A DNA stretch of 32,000 nt from Abyssicoccus albus (GCF_003815035.1 NZ_RKRK01000002.1:775956-807955), one strand, 5' to 3'; positions 1-8,423 are shown, numbered from the stretch's first letter. The notes: generated by a model not told the origin, from the letters alone. Program-made: numbers and translations.

Positions 1-836
1 TCTCCTAAATGCGAATCATCTTCTTCACCAATTGGCGTTTCTAAAGAGACCGGTTCTTGGGCAATCTTTAAAATCTCACGCACTTTATCAGCTGGGATAT
101 CCATTTCTTCACCAATTTCTTCTGGTAAAGGTTCACGACCTAAGTCTTGCAACAATTGGCGTTGAACACGAATCAATTTATTGATCGTCTCCACCATATG
201 AACTGGGATACGAATTGTTCTCGCTTGGTCTGCAATTGCACGAGTAATTGCTTGACGAATCCACCAAGTCGCATACGTTGAAAACTTGAATCCTTTATTG
301 AAATCAAACTTTTCTACCGCTTTAATTAGACCCATGTTCCCTTCTTGTATTAAATCTAGGAATAGCATACCACGGCCTACATAACGCTTAGCAATACTTA
401 CAACTAATCTTAAGTTGGCTTCAGCAAGACGGTCTTTAGCCATCTTATCTCCTTGTTCGATTCGTTTCGCAAGTTCAATTTCTTCTTGCGCAGTTAATAA
501 ATCGACTCGCCCAATTTCTTTTAAATACATTCTCACCGGGTCATTAATCTTCACACCAGGTGGTGCACTTAAATCATTTAAGTCTAATTTATCATCTGAA
601 TCGTTAGAATCTTTCTCGTTAATGAGTTGAATTTCTTGCGCATTAATTTCATCAAAAAACTCATCCATTTGATCAGCGTCCATTTGGAAATTGGATAATT
701 TATCAGCAATTTCCTCATGGCTTAATTGACCATTTTTCTTCCCTTGTTCAATTAACTGTTGTCTTACTTGTTCAACAGTCAATGTCGGATCAATCGTTTG
801 GGCTTTAATTGTTACTAGCTCGTCTTTTTTAGTCAT
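1..836 (-). CDS. rpoD: RNA polymerase primary sigma factor (SigA/RpoD), N-terminal ~278 codons; the 3' end lies beyond the window start
   Basis: The minus-strand frame is open from position 1 to the ATG at 836-834, preceded by SD AGGAGA (revcomp of 842-847). My translation reads [13 protein letters not shown]...[33 protein letters not shown]...[60 protein letters not shown], which covers sigma-70 regions 1.2, 2 and 3. It is absent from the ORF track because there is no stop in the window. Confidence 0.93.
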   Translation of the reverse strand, partial: MTKKDELVTIKAQTIDPTLTVEQVRQQLIEQGKKNGQLSHEEIADKLSNFQMDADQMDEFFDEINAQEIQLINEKDSNDSDDKLDLNDLSAPPGVKINDPVRMYLKEIGRVDLLTAQEEIELAKRIEQGDKMAKDRLAEANLRLVVSIAKRYVGRGMLFLDLIQEGNMGLIKAVEKFDFNKGFKFSTYATWWIRQAITRAIADQARTIRIPVHMVETINKLIRVQRQLLQDLGREPLPEEIGEEMDIPADKVREILKIAQEPVSLETPIGEEDDSHLG

Positions 837-944
837 AAATATCTCCTCTCGCACAAATGCTACTCATTGTTAGTATACTAGAATCTCACATGAATATATA
901 CATCAAACATGAATTATTTATATTACTAGTTCATTTGTCTTCTT

Positions 945-2783
945 TTACTCTTTTAACTGTTTCTGAATATCAATCATCTTTTGAACATATTCACTCACTA
1001 ATTCAATTTCAGAATTATCCAGGTGACTCAACTTTAATTGAAGTGATTTATATTTCTCTTCAAGAATACGTTTATAAACAATGTTATCAATATATTCTTC
1101 AACTTCTTGTAATGATGGCTCATCAGGAATATTCATTTGATCCATCAATAGCAATACATCTGACTTGGTTAATGATTTTCGTTCTTGTGAATAATTGTCA
1201 TCGATATGTTGTAGTTGAGTTAACGTTTCAGATAAATCAAACTGCTTATGATTGTCATATTGACGATTCAAATCATTATAGATATCTTTTGTCGCATATT
1301 CTTTAAAGTGGTCCTCATCAATGTGTTCTCTCACCTGCTCAAATATATTTAAATGATTCGTCAAATATTTCAATAACATCAATTCACTTCTAGCATAAGG
1401 ATTCTGTTTTAAATAACGATTTAACTCATGTTCTACAGATTGCTCTACAGGGACATTATAATATTCTTGTTCATTATTAGATTGGTGAAACACAGGTAAT
1501 GATTGCGTAATGGTCTGAACATCAATCTGAAATACAGAGGATACATGTTTTATTACTTTTTCCCGTAATACACTACTTTTAATCATCGGAATTTCACTTG
1601 TGATTTCATTGTAAATTCTCTCGAACTGAACATCATTATCATGAATTTCCTGTTCATAATCATTCACTTTTTGAATAAGATAATGTGTTTTATGATGCTT
1701 AATAAATGAATTAAATGCCTCTACACCTTTAGATTCAATAAATTCATCTGGGTCTAATCCATCTTTCAATCGAATAATATATGGATTTAATTGTTCACTC
1801 ATGATGAGCTCGGAACTTTTATAAGATGCTTCAATTCCTGCACGGTCTCCATCATATAACAATGTAATATGATTCGTTAATCGCTTTAATGCATTAATAT
1901 GGTCTTTTGTTAATGCAGTTCCCATTGTGGCAACAACATTTTGAGTTGCTTTATTAATTTTAATGACATCCATAAAGCCTTCTGCCACAATCACTTCATC
2001 TTGATCACGTATTGCTTTTCGTGCGCCATGTAAATTATAAAGCATTTTGCGTTTTTGAAACAGTGGTGTTTCTTTACTGTTTAAGTACTTAGGTTCTTCA
2101 TTAGAGTATGTCCTCCCTGAGAAACCAACTGGTTGGCCTTTATGATTATTCAACGGAAATATGATTCGATTTCTGAAATAATCATAGTATTGATTCGTCT
2201 CTTCGTTTTTACTAATGACACCAGCAAGATATGCCAACTCTTGTTCAAAGTCAGTCTCCTCTTTAATAAATGTCGTCACATAAGACGGATGATTAATGGT
2301 TACACCGATCTTTAATTCCGACAACATTTCATCAGTAAAACCGCGTGAATATAAATATTCAAGAGCAGGTTCAGCTTCTTTCGTATTCATTAAAATAAAG
2401 TGTAAATGATCTCTGACCACTTCATGGAGTTTAATCATCTGAATTTCTTCAGTCGATATGTCAGGTGTATTCGAGGTAATATTGTCAGGTAACTCAATGT
2501 TATATTCTTTCGCAATTTTCATGACGGCTTCAGGAAAGTCAATACCTTCAATTTTTTGAATAAAACTAAAGATGCTTCCCCCATTTTTACACCCAAAACA
2601 ATGACAAAGTTGTTTCTGCTCATTAACCGAAAATGATGGTGTTTTTTCGTCATGAAATGGGCACAACCCTACATAATTATTCCCTCTTTTTTCAAGTTTT
2701 ACATATTGACTCACGACGTCAACGATATTCACTTTACTTTTGATTTCTTCTATTCTATCCTCTGGTATTCTCATGCGCACCAC
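945..2783 (-). CDS. dnaG: DNA primase
   Basis: 612-aa ORF with a zinc-ribbon (CPFHDEKTPSFSV...CHCFGC), a TOPRIM region (VAEGFMDV, LLYDGDRAG) and the conserved position upstream of rpoD. The ORF starts at GTG 2783. ATG 2774 (MRIPEDRIEEIK...) aligns better with primases I know, so the true start is uncertain by 3 codons. Confidence 0.95.
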   Translation of the reverse strand: MVRMRIPEDRIEEIKSKVNIVDVVSQYVKLEKRGNNYVGLCPFHDEKTPSFSVNEQKQLCHCFGCKNGGSIFSFIQKIEGIDFPEAVMKIAKEYNIELPDNITSNTPDISTEEIQMIKLHEVVRDHLHFILMNTKEAEPALEYLYSRGFTDEMLSELKIGVTINHPSYVTTFIKEETDFEQELAYLAGVISKNEETNQYYDYFRNRIIFPLNNHKGQPVGFSGRTYSNEEPKYLNSKETPLFQKRKMLYNLHGARKAIRDQDEVIVAEGFMDVIKINKATQNVVATMGTALTKDHINALKRLTNHITLLYDGDRAGIEASYKSSELIMSEQLNPYIIRLKDGLDPDEFIESKGVEAFNSFIKHHKTHYLIQKVNDYEQEIHDNDVQFERIYNEITSEIPMIKSSVLREKVIKHVSSVFQIDVQTITQSLPVFHQSNNEQEYYNVPVEQSVEHELNRYLKQNPYARSELMLLKYLTNHLNIFEQVREHIDEDHFKEYATKDIYNDLNRQYDNHKQFDLSETLTQLQHIDDNYSQERKSLTKSDVLLLMDQMNIPDEPSLQEVEEYIDNIVYKRILEEKYKSLQLKLSHLDNSEIELVSEYVQKMIDIQKQLKE

Positions 2784-3585
2784 GCTTCTTACGAATTATT
2801 TTAATAATTAAATTTGCAGTCTCTTCAATCGCTCTATGACTTACATCAATCACTTCACATTGAAGACGTTCCACAACACAGTGAAAATGTTCAAGTTCTT
2901 CTTCAATTCTTTCACTCCGTGCATAGGATACATGGTCATCAAGACCAAGCTGTTTTAATCGTTCTTTCCTAATTTCATTTAATTTAACAGAATCTATCTT
3001 CAATGCGATACATTTATTAGGATCTATATTAAATAGTTCTTCAGGAGGATCCACTTCTGGCACAAGCGGTACGTTCATTACTTTATAACTTTTGTGTGCT
3101 AAATATTGACTTAATGGTGTTTTACTCGTTCTTGAAATACCAATCAATACGATATCCGCCTTATCGAGTCCCGTCACATCTCGACCATCATCATATTTGA
3201 CAGCGAATTCAATCGCATCAATTTTTTTGAAATACTCTTCATCCAGTCGATGCACTAAACCAGGTTTTTTCTTCGGAGATTGACCAAGTTTCGTCGATAG
3301 AACATCCAATAATGGATTCATTAAATCAATCGCAACAATCCCTAATTCATCCGCAATCCTTACAACGTGTGATTTAATCTCCGGCACAACAAACGTATAC
3401 ACAATAATTGTATTTTGCACATCTTCAATATCATATAGTACATTTAATTGGTCGGTGGATTTAATGTATGGAATTCGCGTCAATGTTAAAGACTCTTCAT
3501 CAATATTAAATTGTGCAGTACACGCATCAATGACGGATTCAGCCGTTTCGCCAACTGAATCTGATAAGACCATGATTTCAATCAT
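2755..3585 (-). CDS. yqfL: Pyruvate,phosphate dikinase regulatory protein-like bifunctional kinase/phosphorylase (DUF299, YqfL family)
   Basis: 276 aa with the P-loop-like GISRTSKTPLSQYLA typical of the PDRP/PSRP family, SD GGAGG 7 nt upstream of ATG 3585, and the conserved position immediately upstream of dnaG. The 3' end overlaps dnaG by 20-29 nt. Confidence 0.85.
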   Translation of the reverse strand: MIEIMVLSDSVGETAESVIDACTAQFNIDEESLTLTRIPYIKSTDQLNVLYDIEDVQNTIIVYTFVVPEIKSHVVRIADELGIVAIDLMNPLLDVLSTKLGQSPKKKPGLVHRLDEEYFKKIDAIEFAVKYDDGRDVTGLDKADIVLIGISRTSKTPLSQYLAHKSYKVMNVPLVPEVDPPEELFNIDPNKCIALKIDSVKLNEIRKERLKQLGLDDHVSYARSERIEEELEHFHCVVERLQCEVIDVSHRAIEETANLIIKIIRKKRGAHENTRG

Positions 3586-3765
3586 AATGAACCTCCATTA
3601 AGTAAATTATGTATTTAAAGTGACTTACTACTTTTTACTCCATATACATATATCTATCTATATAGTAAATGATGTTAAACAATAAATATTAAATATAATA
3701 CCTTAATAAAAATTAGAATATAATACGCTCATAATGGATATATCATAACCAACAATGTACTTCTC

Positions 3766-3794
3766 TTGACAATTCAATCAATCTTCAATATATT
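3766..3794 (+). promoter_or_regulatory. Sigma-A type promoter, TTGACA-17 nt-TATATT, for the glyS leader
   Basis: TTGACA at 3766-3771, a 17-nt spacer, then TATATT at 3789-3794. This is near-consensus. The implied TSS near 3801 leaves an unusually short 5' arm for T-box stem I (see findings). Confidence 0.55.
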
Positions 3795-3800
3795 TTACTT

Positions 3801-3974
3801 AAGATAAATTTAAGCGAGTTAAGGATAGTGAGAGCTTAACACAATAACTTTGGTCAGATTAAATATTTAAAAGTGAGTGGATACACTAAATTGGGTGGAA
3901 CCGCGGGTAAATATAAATTATATCACTCGTCCCAAGACAATGTAAATATCATTGTCTTGGGACTTTATTTATTT
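3801..3974 (+). promoter_or_regulatory. T-box riboswitch leader, glycine-specific
   Basis: A stem I distal motif, AGCGAGUUAAGGAUAGUGAGAGCUUAAC (3813-3840), resembles the B. subtilis glyQS leader. The T-box sequence AAAUUGGGUGGAACCGCGGG lies at 3888-3907, with a UGGA bulge (3896-3899) that fits the UCCA 3' end of tRNA-Gly. It is followed by a mutually exclusive terminator and lies directly upstream of glyS. The candidate specifier GGU at 3852-3854 is uncertain. Confidence 0.85.
3929..3974 (+). terminator. Intrinsic terminator of the T-box leader
   Basis: A 14-bp perfect stem, GTCCCAAGACAATG (3929-3942) paired with CATTGTCTTGGGAC (3950-3963), with a 7-nt loop and then TTTATTTATTT. Confidence 0.85.
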
Positions 3975-4141
3975 CAACTTTTATAATTTTTATAATTCTT
4001 ATATTTATTTCAACTTTATTATACTGTACTAAAGTTATAAAATGAATGAATTCATTTTTATCTTTAATCCTTAATCTTTAATTTTTATTCTTTAATCTTT
4101 ATTATTAATTCAAAAATACAAACACAAAAGGAGCTAATCAA

Positions 4142-5530
4142 ATGTCTAACAAAATGGAATCAATCGTAAACTTAGCGAAAACAAGAGGATTCGTCTTCCC
4201 AGGTAGTGAAATTTATGGTGGTTTATCAAATACATGGGACTATGGTCCACTGGGGGTTGAATTGAAAAACAACATTAAACAACAATGGTGGAAGTCATTT
4301 ATTCAACAATCTCCATACAATGTTGGATTAGATGCGGCCATCTTAATGAATACGAAAACGTGGGAAGCTAGTGGTCATTTAGGTAATTTCAATGATCCTA
4401 TGATCGATAATAAAGACTCTAAAGTTCGTTACCGCGCAGATAAATTGATTGAAGATTATATGCAAAACGTTGAAGGTGATGAAAACTTTATCGCAGATGG
4501 TATGAGCTTCGATGAAATGGAAAAATTTATCCATGAAAAAGGGATTGTATGTCCTCAAAGTAATACGAGCAATTGGACTGAAGTAAGACAATTCAACTTA
4601 ATGTTCAAGACGTTCCAAGGTGTTACAGAATCATCTACGAATGAAATCTTCTTACGTCCTGAAACAGCACAAGGTATATTCGTCAACTTTAAAAATGTTC
4701 AACGTACAATGCGTAAAAAAGTACCATTTGGTATCGGGCAAATTGGTAAGTCATTCCGTAACGAAATCACACCTGGTAACTTTATTTTCAGAACACGTGA
4801 ATTCGAACAAATGGAACTTGAATTCTTTTGCAAACCAGGAACAGAAGTTGATTGGCAAGTGTATTGGAAAGAATTTGCACACAATTGGTTGAAGGATTTG
4901 AACCTATCAGATGATAACATACGATTAAGAGACCATGATGCAGATGAATTATCACACTACTCTAATGCTACAACGGATATCGAATATAAATTCCCATTTG
5001 GTTGGGGTGAATTATGGGGCATCGCGAGTCGTACTGATTATGACTTGAAGAAGCATATGGATCATTCAAATGACGACTTCATGTACCATGACCAAGCAAA
5101 TAATGAAAAATATATCCCATACACAATCGAACCATCACTCGGTGCTGACCGTGTAACACTTGCATTCTTATGTGATGCATATGATGAAGAAACGTTAGAA
5201 GATGACACGACAAGAACAGTGTTACGCTTCCATCCAAAATTAGCACCTTACAAAGCAGCCATCTTACCTTTATCTAAAAAGTTAAGTGATGATGCGATTA
5301 AAGTATATGAGCAATTATCAAGTGAATTTAACGTAGAATTTGATGAATCTCAGTCGATTGGTAAACGTTATAGAAGACAAGATGAAATCGGAACACCATT
5401 CTGTATTACATTTGACTTCGATTCATTAGAAGACCAACAAGTCACTGTACGTGACCGTGATACAATGGAACAAACACGTATGCCAATTAGCGAATTGAAT
5501 GACTTTTTACGTGAGAAGATTAATCAATAA
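4142..5530 (+). CDS. glyS: Glycine--tRNA ligase (class II, single-chain homodimeric type)
   Basis: 462 aa with class II motifs ([25 protein letters not shown]; EPSLGADRV) and a C-terminal anticodon-binding domain. SD AAAGGAG lies 8 nt upstream and the T-box leader lies upstream of that. It is on the + strand, unlike the flanking core genes. Confidence 0.95.
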   Translation: MSNKMESIVNLAKTRGFVFPGSEIYGGLSNTWDYGPLGVELKNNIKQQWWKSFIQQSPYNVGLDAAILMNTKTWEASGHLGNFNDPMIDNKDSKVRYRADKLIEDYMQNVEGDENFIADGMSFDEMEKFIHEKGIVCPQSNTSNWTEVRQFNLMFKTFQGVTESSTNEIFLRPETAQGIFVNFKNVQRTMRKKVPFGIGQIGKSFRNEITPGNFIFRTREFEQMELEFFCKPGTEVDWQVYWKEFAHNWLKDLNLSDDNIRLRDHDADELSHYSNATTDIEYKFPFGWGELWGIASRTDYDLKKHMDHSNDDFMYHDQANNEKYIPYTIEPSLGADRVTLAFLCDAYDEETLEDDTTRTVLRFHPKLAPYKAAILPLSKKLSDDAIKVYEQLSSEFNVEFDESQSIGKRYRRQDEIGTPFCITFDFDSLEDQQVTVRDRDTMEQTRMPISELNDFLREKINQ

Positions 5531-5537
5531 ATATTTT

Positions 5538-5577
5538 AAACCATTGCCTATATTTTATATAGGCAATGGTTTTTTTA
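5538..5577 (+). terminator. glyS intrinsic terminator
   Basis: AACCATTGCCTATA / TATAGGCAATGGTT forms a 14-bp stem, followed by TTTTTTT. Confidence 0.85.
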
Positions 5578-5648
5578 TAAGTTGTCAATATTATTCATCC
5601 AATCTGAACAACGTTTAATCCATAACGTATTAAATTTTTCCTAATCAA

Positions 5649-5867
5649 TTATATACTTTTGTAAATCTTTAATATGTTTAATGTTGTATTAGGTAACCAT
5701 TCCTGATCAAATTTTCTAAGTTCTAACTTTTTTATAATATCTTCAAAATTGTCGTACTTTTTAAAATCAGTGGATGATGGTACAATATTTTCAGAATCAT
5801 CCCAATGGTTCATATATTCAATATACTCTTCTTTATCATCATACGTTATTTCTCTTAAAATTTTCAT
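5649..5867 (-). pseudogene. N-terminal fragment (72 codons) of a GNAT-type acetyltransferase (COG3981-like)
   Basis: MKILREITYDDKEEYIEYMNHWDDSENIVPSSTDF...WLPNTT resembles the N-terminal ~40% of ~170-aa predicted acetyltransferases of staphylococci and bacilli. The acetyl-CoA binding core is absent. Only ~70 nt of non-coding DNA separate its stop from the glyS terminator. The SD AGGAGA is intact, so it may still be translated. Confidence 0.45.
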
Positions 5868-6039
5868 AAAAAATCTCCTATTATCTAAGTTCTAATCAAT
5901 AACTCAGTACATGTTTAACCTTTATAACAATTTCCAATGAATAAATTTTGATACTTGAGACTAATAGCTACCTAAAATCCCCTTATCAATAGCTTTATTA
6001 ACAAAATAATGAAAGGTATAATATCCTACAGCAAAATAG

Positions 6040-6472
6040 ATTAATGAGTTATTTATAACAATTTGCTTTATTTTAGCAGTATCTAAGGTGACAACTTACG
6101 GTGGTTTAAGTAGTGCAATGGGACAAGGTATTTCGAAGTCAGGTTCTATTTTCCCATTGTTATCTCCGATATTAGGGTGGATTAGTGTATTTATGACAGG
6201 CTCTGTTGTGAATAATAATGTTCTCTTTGCACCTATCCAAGCATCCGTTGCGACTCAAATTGATCTTAAAGGTTCTTTATTGGTTGCTGCTAATGTTGCT
6301 GGTGGTGTAACTGCTAAAATTGTATCGCCACAATCTATTGCTATTGCTACCGCAGCAGTTAATGAAGTAGGGAATGAAATCACAATTGATGAAAATGACC
6401 ATGCGTTTTAGTATAGGTCTCCTTATATTTGTGTGTATTTGGCCATTTATTCTTAGCATTTTTATAACTTAA
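6040..6472 (+). pseudogene. lctP: L-lactate permease remnant: C-terminal ~145 codons only, with a frameshift near 6376-6381
   Basis: Tracked ORF 6088-6411 reads ...FPLLSPILGWISVFMTGSVVNNNVLFAPIQ...LLVAANVAGGVTAKIVSPQSIAIATAAV, which matches the conserved LctP C-terminal half (FLGW..VF.TGSDTSSN.LF; SPQSIAVA). The same frame is open back to 6040. After VGNE the homology continues in the +1 frame (SQLMKMTMRFSIGLLIFVCIWPFILSIFIT*), ending at TAA 6470-6472. About 380 N-terminal codons are missing. Confidence 0.75.
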
Positions 6473-6606
6473 GGTACTATTAGACAATGATAAATCTAGG
6501 CTTATATTCCATAAAAGAATGATTTATATTGAAACTTAGTATTTTCATTAATTTGATTTTTGTATTATAATGTTTTCTGTATTCAAAATAAGAAAGGGAG
6601 TCAATT

Positions 6607-8106
6607 ATGAATAATAAAGAGTCAAAAACAGTTGTTGTTATTGGCGCTGGTGTTTTAAGTACCACTTTTAGTTCTATGCTTAAAGAATTAGAACCAAATT
6701 GGAAAATAAAACTTTATGAGCGCTTAGACCGACCTGGTATTGAAAGCTCAAATGAGCGTCATAATGCAGGAACAGGTCACGCAGCTTTATGTGAATTAAA
6801 TTATACTGTGAGACAACCTGATGGTTCGATTGATATTGAGAAAGCAAAAGAGATTAATGAGCAATTTGAAATCTCAAAACAATTCTGGAGCTATTTAGTA
6901 AAGAGTAACAATATCTCTAATCCAAAAGAGTTTATTAAACCATTACCTCACATCAGTTTCGTGCGAGGAAAAAATAACGTTCAATTCTTAAAAGACCGTT
7001 ATCATGCTATGAAAGATGCCCCAATGTTTGATAACATTGAATATACCGAAGATATTGAAGAAATGAGAAAATGGATTCCATTAATGATGCAAGGGCATAG
7101 TGCTAGCGACATTATGGCGGCAAGTAAAATTGATGAAGGTACAGATGTCAATTTTGGAGAACTTACTCGTAAAATGGCTAAGAGTATTGAGGAACATCCA
7201 AATGCAAATGTTCAATACAATCATGAAGTCATTGACTTTAATCATCGTAAAGATGGCAAGTGGGAAGTTAAAGTACGTCAACGTAACAGCGCAGATGTTC
7301 AAACAGAGCTTGCAGATTACGTATTTATCGGTGCAGGCGGTGGCGCAATTCCACTATTACAAAAGACAGGCATTCCTGAAAGTAAAAATTTAGGTGGTTT
7401 CCCTATTACAGGACAATTTTTAACTTGTACAAACCCATCTGTAATTGAAAAACATGATGCTAAAGTATACGGTAAAGAACCACCAGGTACACCTCCTATG
7501 ACGGTACCGCACTTGGATACGCGTTACATTGACGGAGAACGTACATTATTGTTCGGACCGTTTGCCAGCATAGGACCTAAGTTCTTGAAAAATGGTTCTA
7601 ATTTAGATTTGTTCAAATCAGTTAAGCCTTACAATATTATGACATTATTAGCTTCAGCAGCTAAGAACTTACCATTAATCAAATATTCATTTGACCAAAT
7701 TTTAATGACTAAAGAAGGTTGTATGAATCATTTACGTACATTCTATCCAGAAGCTCGTGATGAAGATTGGCAATTATACACTGCTGGTAAACGTGTTCAA
7801 GTCATTAAGGATACTCCAGAATACGGAAAAGGATTTATTCAATTCGGTACAGAAGTAGTTAACTCTGAAGATCATTCAGTTATCGCTTTATTAGGTGAAT
7901 CTCCTGGGGCTTCAACTTCAGTATCTGTAGCGTTAGAAGTAATTGAAAAGAATTTCCCAGAATATGAAGAGCAATGGATGCCAATCATTAAAAAAATGAT
8001 TCCATCTTATGGCAAATCATTAATTGAGGATATCGAACTGATGAGAAAAACACGTCAACAAACATCAAAAGACTTAGAATTAAATTATTATACGAGCAGT
8101 AAATAA
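6607..8106 (+). CDS. mqo: Malate:quinone oxidoreductase family flavoprotein (Mqo, or the lactate:quinone Lqo paralogue)
   Basis: 499 aa with an N-terminal FAD fold (VVVIGAGVLSTTF), then SSNERHNAGTGHAALCELNYT and GESPGASTSV, all typical of the Mqo family. SD AAGGGAG lies 7 nt upstream. Confidence 0.9.
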   Translation: MNNKESKTVVVIGAGVLSTTFSSMLKELEPNWKIKLYERLDRPGIESSNERHNAGTGHAALCELNYTVRQPDGSIDIEKAKEINEQFEISKQFWSYLVKSNNISNPKEFIKPLPHISFVRGKNNVQFLKDRYHAMKDAPMFDNIEYTEDIEEMRKWIPLMMQGHSASDIMAASKIDEGTDVNFGELTRKMAKSIEEHPNANVQYNHEVIDFNHRKDGKWEVKVRQRNSADVQTELADYVFIGAGGGAIPLLQKTGIPESKNLGGFPITGQFLTCTNPSVIEKHDAKVYGKEPPGTPPMTVPHLDTRYIDGERTLLFGPFASIGPKFLKNGSNLDLFKSVKPYNIMTLLASAAKNLPLIKYSFDQILMTKEGCMNHLRTFYPEARDEDWQLYTAGKRVQVIKDTPEYGKGFIQFGTEVVNSEDHSVIALLGESPGASTSVSVALEVIEKNFPEYEEQWMPIIKKMIPSYGKSLIEDIELMRKTRQQTSKDLELNYYTSSK

Positions 8107-8140
8107 TTTATAGCGTAAGTTGAGATATAGGAGGTTTGTA

Positions 8141-8242
8141 ATGAATAAGATATTAACAATTTTAGTAGTTATTACTGTTGCCTTTTTGGGATTAAAACGT
8201 TATCAAGCTCATGTTAATAAGGCGCCTAATATCGAATATTAA
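8141..8242 (+). CDS. 33-aa predicted single-pass membrane peptide
   Basis: ATG 8141 is preceded by the strong SD TAGGAGG (8129-8135). The translation is MNKILTILVVITVAFLGLKRYQAHVNKAPNIEY*, a hydrophobic helix with a basic tail. It starts 35 nt after the mqo stop and lies upstream of the shared terminator. It is below the ORF-track length cutoff. Confidence 0.45.
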   Translation: MNKILTILVVITVAFLGLKRYQAHVNKAPNIEY

Positions 8243-8389
8243 TAAAAACATTTAGTGTATATTGTGTAATAGAGAGTATATCAAGTACAACGAAAATATA
8301 TTATTTTAGCTTAACATTTAGTTTGTGTTGTTCTTATTTGTTATTTTACTCAGTTAACGCAACTAAATTCTATAAAACAGAAGAAAAGA

Positions 8390-8423
8390 CCGAGAAATCC
8401 CTTGGATTTCTCGGCTTTTTTTT
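8390..8423 (+). terminator. Intrinsic terminator of the mqo unit
   Basis: CCGAGAAATCC / GGATTTCTCGG forms an 11-bp stem with a 3-nt loop, followed by C and a T9 run. Confidence 0.8.

Noticed and set aside
857-1306. 149-aa + strand ORF
   Set aside because: It is antisense to the well-supported dnaG C-terminal region and starts in the rpoD-dnaG intergenic promoter region, with no SD and no recognisable motifs.
4058-4112. Repetitive CTTTAATC array considered as a CRISPR or minisatellite
   Set aside because: The units are 7-11 nt, degenerate and contiguous, with no spacers of unique sequence. There are no cas genes and the tract is far too short. I report it only as a low-complexity dispersed motif.
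3586-4141. Search for a ccpN-like (HTH + CBS) gene or remnant between yqfL and glyS
   Set aside because: There is no ORF above ~15 codons in any frame. The region is fully accounted for by divergent promoters, the T-box leader and the AT-rich spacer.
6088-6411. 107-aa ORF as an intact small membrane protein gene
   Set aside because: Its sequence is the conserved C-terminal part of LctP, the frame is open upstream of the GTG without an SD, and homology continues in another frame after 6380. It is better explained as a pseudogene fragment.
6480-6665. 61-aa minus-strand ORF overlapping the mqo start
   Set aside because: It covers the mqo promoter, SD and first codons on the opposite strand, with no SD and no recognisable features.
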